Below are positions 32,063-42,328 of a DNA stretch of 64,000 nucleotides, in pieces (positions within the stretch are counted from its first letter, which is position 1; every line of letters starts with the position of its first letter). Position numbers and translations under genes: made by a program. Under the pieces are notes generated by a model. That model was not told the origin of the DNA. It saw only the letters and a list, made by a program, of their open reading frames with translations, and made no database searches. This DNA is from a virus. The stretch lies in IMG/VR virus record IMGVR_UViG_3300044970_001297, positions 28,789-92,788 of that record; one strand, 5' to 3'.

Positions 32063-33978
32063 TACGCAAGTCCCATCCTGAAAGCCCTCTCGTCAATGTC
32101 AACACCCGTTCGTGTGGTTGTCAGCGAAGACATCCACGATGTGGTGTTGTTGTTCGTCACGACGGCGTTGTTCGTTGGGGCTACCACTGTTGCTGGCGGT
32201 GGAGTGGACTTGAGATAGGCATAGTCAGACTGAAGACTCGACAGCGTTGCCGACGATGACGGTGTGGTCGCTGGCACAAGCGCACTCGCACCTCCCTCCA
32301 TTCCGACAGGAATCCTTCCGCCTTCCACTCCAGTCGGTATTCCACCACCCTCCATGCCTGTTGGTATTCCGCCACCTTCCATTGGAGTTGGCGGTGTTGC
32401 TACCGTTTCGCCTGGCTTTGGAACCATTGGTTCAGATGGTTGTGCGGTCGCGGTTGTTGGCGGTCCAACAACCGATGAAGTTGGCGATGTTACAGATACC
32501 GAGTTTACTTCACTCTCTGTTCTTTTTGGGACTTCCAAGAAAGATCCCAACCCAGGAATTTGTGTCGCAAGGTCATAGATCTTTTCTCCACCAATCATCG
32601 ATGCAAGGAATTCTCCCAATGCACCAGGACCATATCCCAAAGCATCAAGTGCGCCTACAATGGCATTTCCTGGACCAGGAGCGAGTAGGAGAGCAGCAAT
32701 TTGCGATCCGATGGAAGTCAAGGCACCAGCAAATTTGAGTCCTATCTGTTCTTTCTTTTCTTGATCGGATAAGTTTGGATTTTCTTTAATATCCGAGATA
32801 GCCATGTAGCCCTGTACTGCGGAAAGTACTGGTCCCAAGACTGAGAATATCGTCTTAGCCAGTGGTCCTACCCCGAGTTTGACCAATCCAGCACCAGCAT
32901 TCTTCACAGCACCCAAGGCTTTCCCGCCATAGTTCAATGCACTGCTACCGACAGATTTAATGCTTGCACCAATTCGCGAGAATAACCCTCCCCCACTTGC
33001 TGCACTTCCCGCTGCACTAGACGCACTTCCTGCTGCTTGAGATCCAGCACCCGCTATACTCCGAATTCTCGCTGGCGCATCGGCTCCTTCAAGTACCGCC
33101 GTACTTAAGGGAACGGCGGGAACCATCCGTGTCGCCGCACCCGCTGCACGGGCCGTACCCGCTGCACCAGCAGTAGCCGCACCACCCGCCCCAAACATTC
33201 CTGCCACTCTACCCAATCCAGGAATTTTACCCAGAAGCCTTCCTGCACCAAGGGACTTGGCATCGCTGAGGAAGTCGAATGTGTTTGCTATTTTGCCGAA
33301 CAGCCCTTCGCCCTTTGCAGCAACAGCAAGTTGCTCTTGGTCGTTCTTTCCATTGCCAAAATACTTCTCAAACAAGTCTTTGAAGAAAGTCTCTTCCTTT
33401 TCCTGCTTCTCTTCCTGAATCTCCCTATCTTTTTGCTGCTGTTCCAGCAACTTCTCTTCTTGTGCAAGGCTATCTGGTGGTGGAGGAACCTCGTCAGCAA
33501 GTGCATATGCACCCTCGCCATCCGCAGATGGAGTCAGTCCCTTTGCTTTATCCTTCTTCGTTGTTCGTTCTGTCTCTTGGCTTGATGGTCCAAAAGTCCT
33601 TGTCAATATGTCGAGGATTTCGTAGACCGAGTCTCTAATGTCGCCCATGGCACCCATGGACTTCTTTCTCAATTCCTTCTCCTCAAGTTCTCCCTTGGTG
33701 AGTTTCTTTCCCGTGAGGGGATCGCGACCCTGTTCTTCGAACATCTCGCGCTTCTTGAGGTCGATCTTGTCTGCAAGACCCTTGCCGACCAGCGGTATCT
33801 TCTCCAGAAACTTCATCTGCATGGTCATGACGCTTGACTTGAGGCTTGTGGTCACAGCCTCCTTGAATGTCAAGTTGACTTTCCTGAATCCCTCTTCCAT
33901 GGATTCTACTATAGCGTCTCCCGCATTCATTGCGGGTGCATTTTGGGGAATATTTCCTGATGGGCTTGGTAGTGGCAT
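32059..33978 (-). CDS. Baseplate hub / tail length determinator (gp29-like tape measure)
   Basis: 639 aa helical Ala/Gly-rich; position after gp26-gp51; C-terminal VVAPTNNAVVTNNNT typical of this slot. Confidence 0.65.
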   Translation of the reverse strand: MPLPSPSGNIPQNAPAMNAGDAIVESMEEGFRKVNLTFKEAVTTSLKSSVMTMQMKFLEKIPLVGKGLADKIDLKKREMFEEQGRDPLTGKKLTKGELEEKELRKKSMGAMGDIRDSVYEILDILTRTFGPSSQETERTTKKDKAKGLTPSADGEGAYALADEVPPPPDSLAQEEKLLEQQQKDREIQEEKQEKEETFFKDLFEKYFGNGKNDQEQLAVAAKGEGLFGKIANTFDFLSDAKSLGAGRLLGKIPGLGRVAGMFGAGGAATAGAAGTARAAGAATRMVPAVPLSTAVLEGADAPARIRSIAGAGSQAAGSASSAAGSAASGGGLFSRIGASIKSVGSSALNYGGKALGAVKNAGAGLVKLGVGPLAKTIFSVLGPVLSAVQGYMAISDIKENPNLSDQEKKEQIGLKFAGALTSIGSQIAALLLAPGPGNAIVGALDALGYGPGALGEFLASMIGGEKIYDLATQIPGLGSFLEVPKRTESEVNSVSVTSPTSSVVGPPTTATAQPSEPMVPKPGETVATPPTPMEGGGIPTGMEGGGIPTGVEGGRIPVGMEGGASALVPATTPSSSATLSSLQSDYAYLKSTPPPATVVAPTNNAVVTNNNTTSWMSSLTTTRTGVDIDERAFRMGLAY

Positions 33979-33979
33979 C

Positions 33980-34174
33980 TTATCTACTTCTTTGCTGCAA
34001 CTGCTGCTGCTTCAGTCGCTCGTTTTCTTCCTTTATGTGATTCACCAGCAGATTTACATAAACTTCTCTTTCCCAAGGCATCATATATTCCAACTCTGTC
34101 AGCGAGTACTTATGGTGCTGTAGCAATGCGAAGTTCGTGTTGTACAGATTCGCAAGGCTATCGTGACAGAGCAT
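33980..34174 (-). CDS. gp51: Baseplate hub assembly protein gp51-like
   Basis: LYNTNFALLQHHKYSLTELEYMMPWEREVYVNLL. Confidence 0.85.
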   Translation of the reverse strand: MLCHDSLANLYNTNFALLQHHKYSLTELEYMMPWEREVYVNLLVNHIKEENERLKQQQLQQRSR

Positions 34175-34875
34175 TATGTAAAAAAATCCTGCAACCCGCT
34201 GAAGAATGCCTTGAACTCATGTCCGCACGAAAGGCATTTGCAATCCGCTTCCTTCCTCACGGTTGGCATATTGAGGTAGAACTTTCCCACCAACTCAAAT
34301 TGACTGTTTGTCATCGACTCAATGAACTTCTGTATCTCTTCCTTTGTGAAGTCTTTCTTTGTGTAGACATTGTTCTCATCAAACACGGTTTCAATGGAGT
34401 CTGTCACGAATTCCAAAACTTCATCGACGGACATGTCGCTCATGTTTGGTCGTGCATCGGTCATGCATGGATACCTTATGATGATGCCGACCTTGTCATT
34501 CAACATTATCCTGTTTGATGTGTTCTCTGGAAACTTGACCTCTATTTCGTCAAGGTTGACGGTGATATCATTCGGCTTTTCGCACTTTGGGCATTTTGTT
34601 CTCAGTTCAAGCATTTCGCCAACTGACTTTGCCCGTATCTTCATGAACAGATATTCGATGTCGAACATCGCCATCTTTTCTGGTTGATCCACCCCATCGA
34701 CGCAACCCTTTATGAGGTCGCACATCGCACTAAGTATCTGCTTCTCGTCCTGACTTTCCAGTGCCATGTACAGCACCTTCTGCTCCTTGACCAGAAATGG
34801 CCTGAAGGTTGTCTCCTTCTTGGTCGAAGGTATTGTGATTCTGTATTTTGGTATTCCAAGTGACGGTAATGACAT
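34174..34875 (-). CDS. gp26: Baseplate hub subunit gp26
   Basis: FRPFLVKEQKVL, FDIEYLFMKIRAKSVGE, CPKC, CLSC, GLQDFF. Confidence 0.9.
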   Translation of the reverse strand: MSLPSLGIPKYRITIPSTKKETTFRPFLVKEQKVLYMALESQDEKQILSAMCDLIKGCVDGVDQPEKMAMFDIEYLFMKIRAKSVGEMLELRTKCPKCEKPNDITVNLDEIEVKFPENTSNRIMLNDKVGIIIRYPCMTDARPNMSDMSVDEVLEFVTDSIETVFDENNVYTKKDFTKEEIQKFIESMTNSQFELVGKFYLNMPTVRKEADCKCLSCGHEFKAFFSGLQDFFT

Positions 34876-34901
34876 AATTTACTCCATGTGTTAAAGTTGC
34901 T

Positions 34902-35828
34902 TCATCTTCCACCCAACAGTTCTTGTCTCAGGTCTCCGATTCTCTGTGCGGCCCTGTCCTCGCGTACCCTGTGAATCTCTCTTGCATTTGCCACAGATGT
35001 ATTTACTATAGACTTGGCTGTGGTTGATTCTTCGGTTTCACCGCGGTCGAACCTTGTGTTGTATGGGAAGGTTCTCTTACCTATCACCTGGTATTCCGAA
35101 TATGCCAGCGTCACATTGATGGTGACTATCTGATCGGTGGAATCGGTGGACAATTCTATGTCTGCAATGCTCTTGCAGAATACATTGTACAACTCGGTGC
35201 AGTAGATCTTCAGGTCTTGTCGGTCGAGTTGGTATATCCGCAGATTGGTCATGTAGGAATCTGGATACAGCAAGTCTGCTGTCATGGGCGAATAGACAGA
35301 ACCCATCCAGCCTTCGAAGAAATCTCGTTCGAAGTAGTCTTCACCCACCCTGAAGGTCATCTGAATCTCATTGGCATAGTTTGATTCGTATGCGAGTTCC
35401 ATAGGAGGACCATAAATCTTCAGGGGCTGTGTCTGCAATGCCCTTCCTGGCAAACTCATGCTTTGGCAGTTCCTCACCAAACGCTCGTTCTGAGGCCACC
35501 CAAGACCCTCTATCTCAAAATAGTATCTCGTAGGTCTGGCATAGTAGTTCATCCCAACGATATGGGCCATCTGCTTGCTGACGCTGCTTGTATTGGGATC
35601 CTTGTACTTTATGCCACCCGTCTCGTTGATCAAATCATCGTAGAACTTGGCTATTCTCGCATCTTGTTGCGCTCTATACGACTCTATGGAATCGAAAAAC
35701 GGATTGATTGGTTCCGTGGAACCACCGCGCAACCCAAGATCCTGTAGTGCCTGTTGCGTATTCTTTGCGGCAAGATCCCTTGGTATGTTGTATGGGCTTG
35801 GATTGTTTGTTCCTTGAAACTGCGTCAT
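34902..35828 (-). CDS. gp54: Tail tube initiator gp54-like (gp19 fold)
   Basis: ARPTRY, CQSMSLPGR, ERDFFEGW, INVTLAY. Confidence 0.75.
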   Translation of the reverse strand: MTQFQGTNNPSPYNIPRDLAAKNTQQALQDLGLRGGSTEPINPFFDSIESYRAQQDARIAKFYDDLINETGGIKYKDPNTSSVSKQMAHIVGMNYYARPTRYYFEIEGLGWPQNERLVRNCQSMSLPGRALQTQPLKIYGPPMELAYESNYANEIQMTFRVGEDYFERDFFEGWMGSVYSPMTADLLYPDSYMTNLRIYQLDRQDLKIYCTELYNVFCKSIADIELSTDSTDQIVTINVTLAYSEYQVIGKRTFPYNTRFDRGETEESTTAKSIVNTSVANAREIHRVREDRAAQRIGDLRQELLGGR

Positions 35829-35831
35829 CTG

Positions 35832-36527
35832 TTACCTTTGTGTTAGTCCCATTTTCTTCATCAACGCATAGGTCTTGCCCCAAACCTTTGTCGGTCTTGC
35901 TCCTACGAAATGATATGTCGGAAGATAAATTGCCTTTAGCCAATGCTCTGGTGGTATTCTGATCGGCTTTCTCCTGATGTTGTCATACTTGTATCTACGA
36001 ATACACGCTTTTCCATATTTATTAGGAAATGAAAAAAGTCTTCTCATGTTCATCCCAAGAATTCTGGCGTTTTCGTTCGACACATCCCCATTCAACTTGG
36101 TCATCAGGCTCAATAGCAGGATTTTTCTATACCTTGGGTAGAGGTAGTGTAGGTTGATTCCCATGAAAGTCTTGGGATCATCCTTGTTGTCTATCATTCG
36201 AATGACAAGTGGGAGCCTGTCCCAATAAGGAATCCTATCGCTTTCCGCCTCGTATACGAACGACCACATGGTTCCTTCCCTGCGGAGAGGGGTGTAGTAC
36301 TCTGGTATGCTGTTGCCAAGTATCATTTTCTTGGCACGAAGGTCGCGTTCGTTGGTTTCCGTTATCTCCCGATAAGCCTGAACGGCAAACTGCTCGTACC
36401 AACGAAGAGCGGCCACTTCATTGTCTTCCGTGGGTTCCTCCAAGTCCTCGTCCTTCATCATCGACATCTCTTCGAAGATTCTCTTGAAGGTCATTGGATC
36501 GTCTTCGTCTTGGTCTTTCTTTTCCAT
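35832..36527 (-). CDS. gp2: DNA end protector gp2
   Basis: PYWDRLPLVI, FMGINLHYL, CIRRY, WLKAIYLPT. Confidence 0.9.
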   Translation of the reverse strand: MEKKDQDEDDPMTFKRIFEEMSMMKDEDLEEPTEDNEVAALRWYEQFAVQAYREITETNERDLRAKKMILGNSIPEYYTPLRREGTMWSFVYEAESDRIPYWDRLPLVIRMIDNKDDPKTFMGINLHYLYPRYRKILLLSLMTKLNGDVSNENARILGMNMRRLFSFPNKYGKACIRRYKYDNIRRKPIRIPPEHWLKAIYLPTYHFVGARPTKVWGKTYALMKKMGLTQR

Positions 36528-36528
36528 G

Positions 36529-36987
36529 CTACCCCTTTATCCCAAGGTCTGATTCGGTAAGCACGATGAATTTCCACCCACGAGCCGCAGCATAGTTTTT
36601 GGCGGCTTCCCACTTGTTCTGATTCTTGATGTACTGAAAGGATTCGTACATGTATGTCTTGGTCTTTCTCTTCGGTTGCTTTGGTGGCTGTGTCTGCTTC
36701 TTTGGCTTTATCTCAACTAGGTAGGTCTGCAATTCGTTGTTCTTTTCCTTCACTGTGATTCTGAAGTCTATGAAGTACCTGTGTGTCTTTCCATCCATGT
36801 CGTATCTGTAGGGAACCACGGTTGATTCGCTCGACCACTCGACTATCGACTCCTTCATGTCGCAGTAGTTCATGAATTTTCTTTCCCAAGAACTCCTATA
36901 AATAATCTTGGTTGGATCCCCTTTGTACTTCTTGGGGTTTTTTGGGCTGAACACACCCTGTAGGAATCTGTTTTCTCGGTTAACCAT
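36529..36987 (-). CDS. gp4: Head completion nuclease gp4 (TnsA-like)
   Basis: PKNPKKYKGDPTKIIYRSSWE, WSSE, HRYFIDF, EIKP, NQNKWEAA. Confidence 0.95.
   Translation of the reverse strand: MVNRENRFLQGVFSPKNPKKYKGDPTKIIYRSSWERKFMNYCDMKESIVEWSSESTVVPYRYDMDGKTHRYFIDFRITVKEKNNELQTYLVEIKPKKQTQPPKQPKRKTKTYMYESFQYIKNQNKWEAAKNYAAARGWKFIVLTESDLGIKG
36897..36904 (+). promoter_or_regulatory. T4 late promoter TATAAATA inside gp4, driving plus-strand baseplate operon
   Basis: Perfect consensus 83 nt upstream of gp48 ATG. Confidence 0.65.
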
Positions 36988-38634
36988 ATGTCACAATACG
37001 CTCCAAACAACAAGTTATACACAGAAAACCAAACTATACCGAACCAACTTGAATACCCAATTCTTGGTGCTGCTGGTGCTGGCACTAGGAGAAGGGACAA
37101 GACTTCATTCTATAGATCGGGCGACGGTTCTCTTGAAGAACTCATAAACGCGACTTCGGTTGCTGGCAATCCAGGAATCGAAAGTGGCGCGGGTGATGTG
37201 CGAACCACTTCCATAGATCCAGATCAGAAAAACGAAATACTAGGAATACCGTCATTCTTATCGTATCCGTCTGATCTTGGAAAGAACAGAAGATTTCACC
37301 ACTTCGTGGTCTTCAATATTTATCAAGGATCGTCCGACACGGTCAGAACGAATTCGCGCAAGGCAAATCAGATAACGAGTTCTCTACTTGCGAAGGGTGG
37401 AATACAGTTCAACAATCAAGGTGGTCAAGGTGGGGCCTCTCCCGAAAATCAAACTGACATCTACAATAACCTCATAAAGGCAGGATATTCCCCATCACAG
37501 GCAAATCAGTTTTCCAAGGCTCTTTTCAGTGGTATAACAGGTCTTGAGGGAATTGGACTGAAATCGGACGAAAACATTGGCGCATTGGACAACCTTGCAC
37601 AAGGAGCATATTCAAATCCATTTGGCGTTGATCCAGAGACACAACAAGCATTGGATACCGCGTCGTTAATGTATGCTGTTCCTGTCGGAGCAGCAGTCAA
37701 TGTTGCTGGTGGTGTGGTACAAGGTGCTAAGGCTTTTGGTGATGGTGTTGTGAACACTTACGAATTTGCTTCTTCGTTTTTTGCCACAACCAACAGGGAC
37801 AAATTGGAGGACGCCAACAAAAACCCCAAGAACTTCAACCAACGCGGCGCAAGCGGAAGACTCGTAAACAGACCTAAGGAAGAGCAGAACATACTTCTGG
37901 CCAATCAGAGGTTCAACAATGCGAATATCAAGTCGAAGGATACAATCGCCCTTTATATGCCGCAGAAATTTGCAATAAACGATCAGATGGTATATTCCGA
38001 AGAAGATATGGGTACATCCAAAATGCTTCTTGATGCGTTGTCTGGCAAGCGAGGTGCTGTATCGGCTTTGCTTGAAAAAACAGGAAGAAAGGGTATTTCT
38101 GATGCTGTGGGTTTGATAGGGCAGATGGCTCAGAATTCTAATCAAATAATAGGCGGTGCGGTCAATGAAATAGCGGCAGAGGCAAATCTTGCCGCTGTGA
38201 GAGCCGCTGCGACCAGAACTGTACAGAATCCACGAAAAGAAATGATGTTCCGCGATGTGAACATCAGAACACATGCATTCTCATTCGATTTCATGCCAAG
38301 GAACGAACAGGAAGCGGAAACGGTACTCAACATAATAAGAATGTTCAGATACCATGCCCATCCTGGCTTGCAGGGTGGTGGTGGACACTTCTACACATTC
38401 CCCGCAGAGTTTGAGATGACATTCTACACGATACAGGAACCAAGTGGGATGGTGGTGGTAAACGACAACTTGCCAAAGATGCCAAGACTTGCATTGCAAT
38501 CGGTGTCGGTTGACTTTTCTGCGGCAGGAGATTTCAAGACATTCACGGATGCGAAGCCAGCATTCATTCGCTTAGAGTTGGGGTTCCAAGAGATGGAACA
38601 ACTTACAAACGAACACATCGTTCACGGATACTGA
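36988..38634 (+). CDS. gp48: Baseplate tail tube cap gp48
   Basis: LSYPSDL, IALYMP, NPRKEMMFRDVNIRTHAFSFDFMPRNEQEA, LELGFQE. Confidence 0.85.
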   Translation: MSQYAPNNKLYTENQTIPNQLEYPILGAAGAGTRRRDKTSFYRSGDGSLEELINATSVAGNPGIESGAGDVRTTSIDPDQKNEILGIPSFLSYPSDLGKNRRFHHFVVFNIYQGSSDTVRTNSRKANQITSSLLAKGGIQFNNQGGQGGASPENQTDIYNNLIKAGYSPSQANQFSKALFSGITGLEGIGLKSDENIGALDNLAQGAYSNPFGVDPETQQALDTASLMYAVPVGAAVNVAGGVVQGAKAFGDGVVNTYEFASSFFATTNRDKLEDANKNPKNFNQRGASGRLVNRPKEEQNILLANQRFNNANIKSKDTIALYMPQKFAINDQMVYSEEDMGTSKMLLDALSGKRGAVSALLEKTGRKGISDAVGLIGQMAQNSNQIIGGAVNEIAAEANLAAVRAAATRTVQNPRKEMMFRDVNIRTHAFSFDFMPRNEQEAETVLNIIRMFRYHAHPGLQGGGGHFYTFPAEFEMTFYTIQEPSGMVVVNDNLPKMPRLALQSVSVDFSAAGDFKTFTDAKPAFIRLELGFQEMEQLTNEHIVHGY

Positions 38635-38637
38635 TAC

Positions 38638-39507
38638 ATGTACGACAAATTACCAACAGTAAACTATGTCACGCCACAAGGCTACAGGCAGATGTCCGAC
38701 ATCACCGTCAGGTTCAAGGTCGAGCAGACGGTCATAGACGAAGGCGCATATCCGCTTAATATCACGATCAACGATACAGATAGGCCAGAGATTCTCGCAC
38801 ACAGGGTATACAAGGACTCATATCTGAATTGGATGGTTCTGAACCTAAACAACATGGTGAATCCATATTACGATTGGGTTCTATCCTCCGTTGCAATGGA
38901 CAACTACATCACCGAAAAGTATCCTGGCTACACGGTCTTTCTGACAAGCGTGGGTGGATCAACGGCATTTGAAGGTTCCTTCCGCACAAACGACATCGTG
39001 TATGCCACTGGCGTGAGCAGTGCCGATGCACAACCATCCATATTGGATTCGCTAAAGAACGCAAGGGTTGTTGAGTACGACCCGCAGTATTGCAGACTTG
39101 TCATAGACTTGACGCAGAAGACAGCATGGATACCCGCAGAGGGAGACCTCATTTCTGGTGCAAATACAAATGTCCTTGGAGAGGCCACCTACTATGTCGC
39201 AAGGATCGGAAAGGTGGCGCAGAGTCCATATGCAGTGCATCATTTTCAGAACTCCGATGGCGAGATATTGAATCCACGGATTCCAAAGTCACTGCACGGC
39301 GAGTTCCTATCAACCTCAAGTTTCGGGTTCACATTCGGAGCAACTCCGATTGGAAGGTACATACTTGAGGATCATGTGGACGATGTGGTGACGAATCGCG
39401 AATACGAAACAAAGATCAACGATGACAAGAGAAACATCGTCCTTGTCGATCCAGTCTATATTGCCAACATAAACCGAGATGTGGACTCGTTCTTGAACAA
39501 TGTCTAA
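38638..39507 (+). CDS. gp53: Baseplate wedge subunit gp53
   Basis: DRPEILAHRVY, NNMVNPYYDW, VHHF, VTNREYE..INDDKRNI. Confidence 0.9.
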   Translation: MYDKLPTVNYVTPQGYRQMSDITVRFKVEQTVIDEGAYPLNITINDTDRPEILAHRVYKDSYLNWMVLNLNNMVNPYYDWVLSSVAMDNYITEKYPGYTVFLTSVGGSTAFEGSFRTNDIVYATGVSSADAQPSILDSLKNARVVEYDPQYCRLVIDLTQKTAWIPAEGDLISGANTNVLGEATYYVARIGKVAQSPYAVHHFQNSDGEILNPRIPKSLHGEFLSTSSFGFTFGATPIGRYILEDHVDDVVTNREYETKINDDKRNIVLVDPVYIANINRDVDSFLNNV

Positions 39508-40813
39508 TACACCAGCAAGCACAACATCATACTCGCAGCAGAACGACTACCAGATTCTGAAGTTGCAGATAGTGTCGAACAACGGTGGAACACCCGTTGA
39601 TCTATTGCCGCAGTTCATCGAACTCATGACATTCGAAACAATATACGACACCAAGATGATCGGTGAACTGCTCCTGTTGGACGCACTGAACTATTCAGAG
39701 GCGATTCCAATAGTGGGAAACGAGACCGTGTTCATATCCTTCAAGACACCAGGTGCAGCGGATCCGATTGAAATAGTTGGCAAGGTCTTTGCTGTTTTGG
39801 GAAAGTCGCGTCGAAGCAACGAGAAGTCGGAAACATACAAGTTGCAGTTCATCAGCGAAACGCAGTTCGAAAACAACAAGGCCAAGATATCTTGTTCCAA
39901 GAAGGGAACGATAGCGAAGATAGCGGAAAAAATCTTCACTGAAAACTTCAAGCGCGCGAAGCCTCTTACGATAGATCCAGTGAACAGCAAGGAGTTTCAG
40001 TTCCTGTTTCCATACTGGTCTCCCCTCTATTCCATAAACTGGTTGGCACAGAGGGCATTCTCGCCTGGTCCATCGAACAGAACCACCCCATCATGCTTTT
40101 TCTTCTATGAGGATGTGGATGGCTTTCATCTTGCGGATATTGTTCACAGATCTCAGTTTCCCACGGTAATGACCTATAGACATGAGCCACACAATCCAAT
40201 GAACAGAACCGATGTGAATAGGTTCTTTGAGAAGGTTCAGGACTATCAGGTGGATGCATACTTCGACAGGGTTTCGGAATACAAGCGGGGAATGTACTCT
40301 GGCTATCTCATGACGCATGACATCACGAACAAGAAGATGGACTACTTCGAATACGATTACCATGATTCGTTCGGAAAGGTTCCACACCTGAATGCACAGA
40401 AACTCATCTCTCCGAACGACAGGAGTTTGGTCGATGCAAAGATGGGTTTCATGAACTACATGCCAGTGCAGACGAGCAGATTCGGTTCTGGAACTGAAAA
40501 CGATGTTCCCCAAAACTACTTGCCCAACAGGGCAAGCATAATCAACCAGTTCAATACAATGAAGATGACTTTGCTTGTGAATGGAAACTCAAGTCTTCGC
40601 CTTCTCGACATCATCAATTTTGAGATACCGAAGACAGCCTACATGAGTGCAACCGAGAAAGATTGGGAGGATGGTTATCTGAGTGGCAGATACATGATCG
40701 TATCTCTGAAGCACATGATAAATAGAGAGGTTGGTTACAACACCACCATAACAATGGCAAAGGACTCCTTGATCAGAGGAATACCCGATGCATACGAGAG
40801 GTCAACTTTTTAG
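39500..40813 (+). CDS. Baseplate hub protein (gp27-like)
   Basis: PIVGNE, FFFYE, VNGNSSL, LSGRYMIVSLKH; between gp53 and gp5. Confidence 0.7.
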   Translation: MSNTPASTTSYSQQNDYQILKLQIVSNNGGTPVDLLPQFIELMTFETIYDTKMIGELLLLDALNYSEAIPIVGNETVFISFKTPGAADPIEIVGKVFAVLGKSRRSNEKSETYKLQFISETQFENNKAKISCSKKGTIAKIAEKIFTENFKRAKPLTIDPVNSKEFQFLFPYWSPLYSINWLAQRAFSPGPSNRTTPSCFFFYEDVDGFHLADIVHRSQFPTVMTYRHEPHNPMNRTDVNRFFEKVQDYQVDAYFDRVSEYKRGMYSGYLMTHDITNKKMDYFEYDYHDSFGKVPHLNAQKLISPNDRSLVDAKMGFMNYMPVQTSRFGSGTENDVPQNYLPNRASIINQFNTMKMTLLVNGNSSLRLLDIINFEIPKTAYMSATEKDWEDGYLSGRYMIVSLKHMINREVGYNTTITMAKDSLIRGIPDAYERSTF

Positions 40814-40827
40814 AATGGAGCAATAGC

Positions 40828-40965
40828 ATGGAAGAAAGCGAAAAGAGAGTAATAACGCCAGCAGAAACCGAGAAGAAGTTGTGGAAGTTGCCATACACCA
40901 AGGAAGAGATGTTGGATTGGGAGAGATGGGGAAACGAAAACTTCGGCCACAACGAAAGGAACTGA
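40828..40965 (+). CDS. Small hypothetical protein (45 aa)
   Basis: Hand-translated MEESEKRVITPAETEKKLWKLPYTKEEMLDWERWGNENFGHNERN; GGAG RBS. Confidence 0.55.
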   Translation: MEESEKRVITPAETEKKLWKLPYTKEEMLDWERWGNENFGHNERN

Positions 40966-40971
40966 TTTAGG

Positions 40972-42129
40972 ATGATAATGGGTCAAAACGGATTTGTGTG
41001 GTGGTTTGGTGTTGTCGAGGACACCAAAGATCCGTTGACTCTTGGCAGGGTTCGTGTTCGCATTTTCGGATACCACCCCGAGAACAAGAAGACCCTGCCT
41101 ACAGCCGATCTTCCCTGGGCACATCCTCTTCTCGACATAACTAGCGCATCCATAAGCGGTGTCGGAAAATCCCCCACAGGACTCATCGAAGGATCCCATG
41201 TGTTTGGATTCTTTCGCGATGGGGACAATGCACAGCAGCCCATAGTGATGTTCTCTGTGGGTGGAATACCGCAGGAGATTGCTAACAAGGATGTAGGATT
41301 CAATGATCCATCTGGCACATATCCAACTCAGGAATATGTGGACGCGAAGCACAGCGATGTGAATTTCCTGGCGACGGGAAAAAACACAGAGCAGACAATT
41401 GTGCAAAGCAAGAAGGACAATGTGGTGTCCGATGTTCCTGTGGCATGGGACACATTCGAAAAGGAAAAGTGGTCTGAACCAGAGACACCCTACAAGCCAG
41501 AGTATCCCAACAACAAGGTGTTCACCACCAAGTCTGGCATGGTCGAGGAGTGGGACGATACTCCAGGAAAGGAAAGACACCACACATATCATCCTGGTGG
41601 TTCCTATGAGGAGGTCTCAAGTGCGTTCCAAGGCAATCCTCCTGGAACAAGAGTCCACAAGATCAAGGGAAACAACTACGAACTGATAGCGGGTAGTGAC
41701 TTCGTGCAGATAGACGGTTCCGCAAAGATCACCATAAAGGGCGATGCGAGCGTCTACATTGGCTCACGACTTACTGGTGGAAACCTAAACCTACAGGTTG
41801 ACGGGAATGTGAATCTTCAGGCATTCCGAGATGTGCGAGCGGTTGTCTATGGAACATGGGATGTTGCTGTGCTTGGGGACTACAGAGAAACAGTCATGGG
41901 CAACAAGTACACGACCGTCTATGGAAACTGCGTCAGTGAGATATGGGGTCTTGGTGGATTCGTGGTCAACTCCAATGTCGGTGATGTGATTCTCAAGACA
42001 CGCATCGGCAGCGATCTTGCTCTCTCTGGAAAGATCCCGACGATCAAGTTGAACTGCCTCTCCAGAAAGGGAGAGGTGGATGCCATGATAATTCCTGGCC
42101 TGTACCCAAACCCGTTCCTTGGAGGCTGA
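40972..42129 (+). CDS. gp5: Baseplate central spike gp5 (OB fold plus beta-helix, no lysozyme domain)
   Basis: WWFGVVED..DPL.LGRVRVR, LPWA, VFGFFRDG, YPNNKV, EWDDTPGKER, VxGN repeats. Confidence 0.9.
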   Translation: MIMGQNGFVWWFGVVEDTKDPLTLGRVRVRIFGYHPENKKTLPTADLPWAHPLLDITSASISGVGKSPTGLIEGSHVFGFFRDGDNAQQPIVMFSVGGIPQEIANKDVGFNDPSGTYPTQEYVDAKHSDVNFLATGKNTEQTIVQSKKDNVVSDVPVAWDTFEKEKWSEPETPYKPEYPNNKVFTTKSGMVEEWDDTPGKERHHTYHPGGSYEEVSSAFQGNPPGTRVHKIKGNNYELIAGSDFVQIDGSAKITIKGDASVYIGSRLTGGNLNLQVDGNVNLQAFRDVRAVVYGTWDVAVLGDYRETVMGNKYTTVYGNCVSEIWGLGGFVVNSNVGDVILKTRIGSDLALSGKIPTIKLNCLSRKGEVDAMIIPGLYPNPFLGG

Positions 42130-42130
42130 C

Positions 42131-42328
42131 ATGGCATATCTCGCTTGGAAAGGGACATACTCTCTGTCTACCGCATATCAACCAGGCGATGTGGTCTATT
42201 ACACCGACGATAGCATCACCTATGTCTGTGTCAGTAAATCGCAAGGAATACCGCCATACATTATTGATTCTGGATTTGAACCGCTATTTGATTTCAACAT
42301 ATCATTGTTAGATGGAGGAGAGTTCTGA
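42131..42328 (+). CDS. Small carbohydrate-binding-like protein
   Basis: WKGTYSLSTAYQPGDVVYY...YVC; C-terminal LDGGEF. Confidence 0.6.
   Translation: MAYLAWKGTYSLSTAYQPGDVVYYTDDSITYVCVSKSQGIPPYIIDSGFEPLFDFNISLLDGGEF

Noticed and set aside
40810-41592. 260-aa minus-strand ORF
   Set aside because: Antisense to gp5
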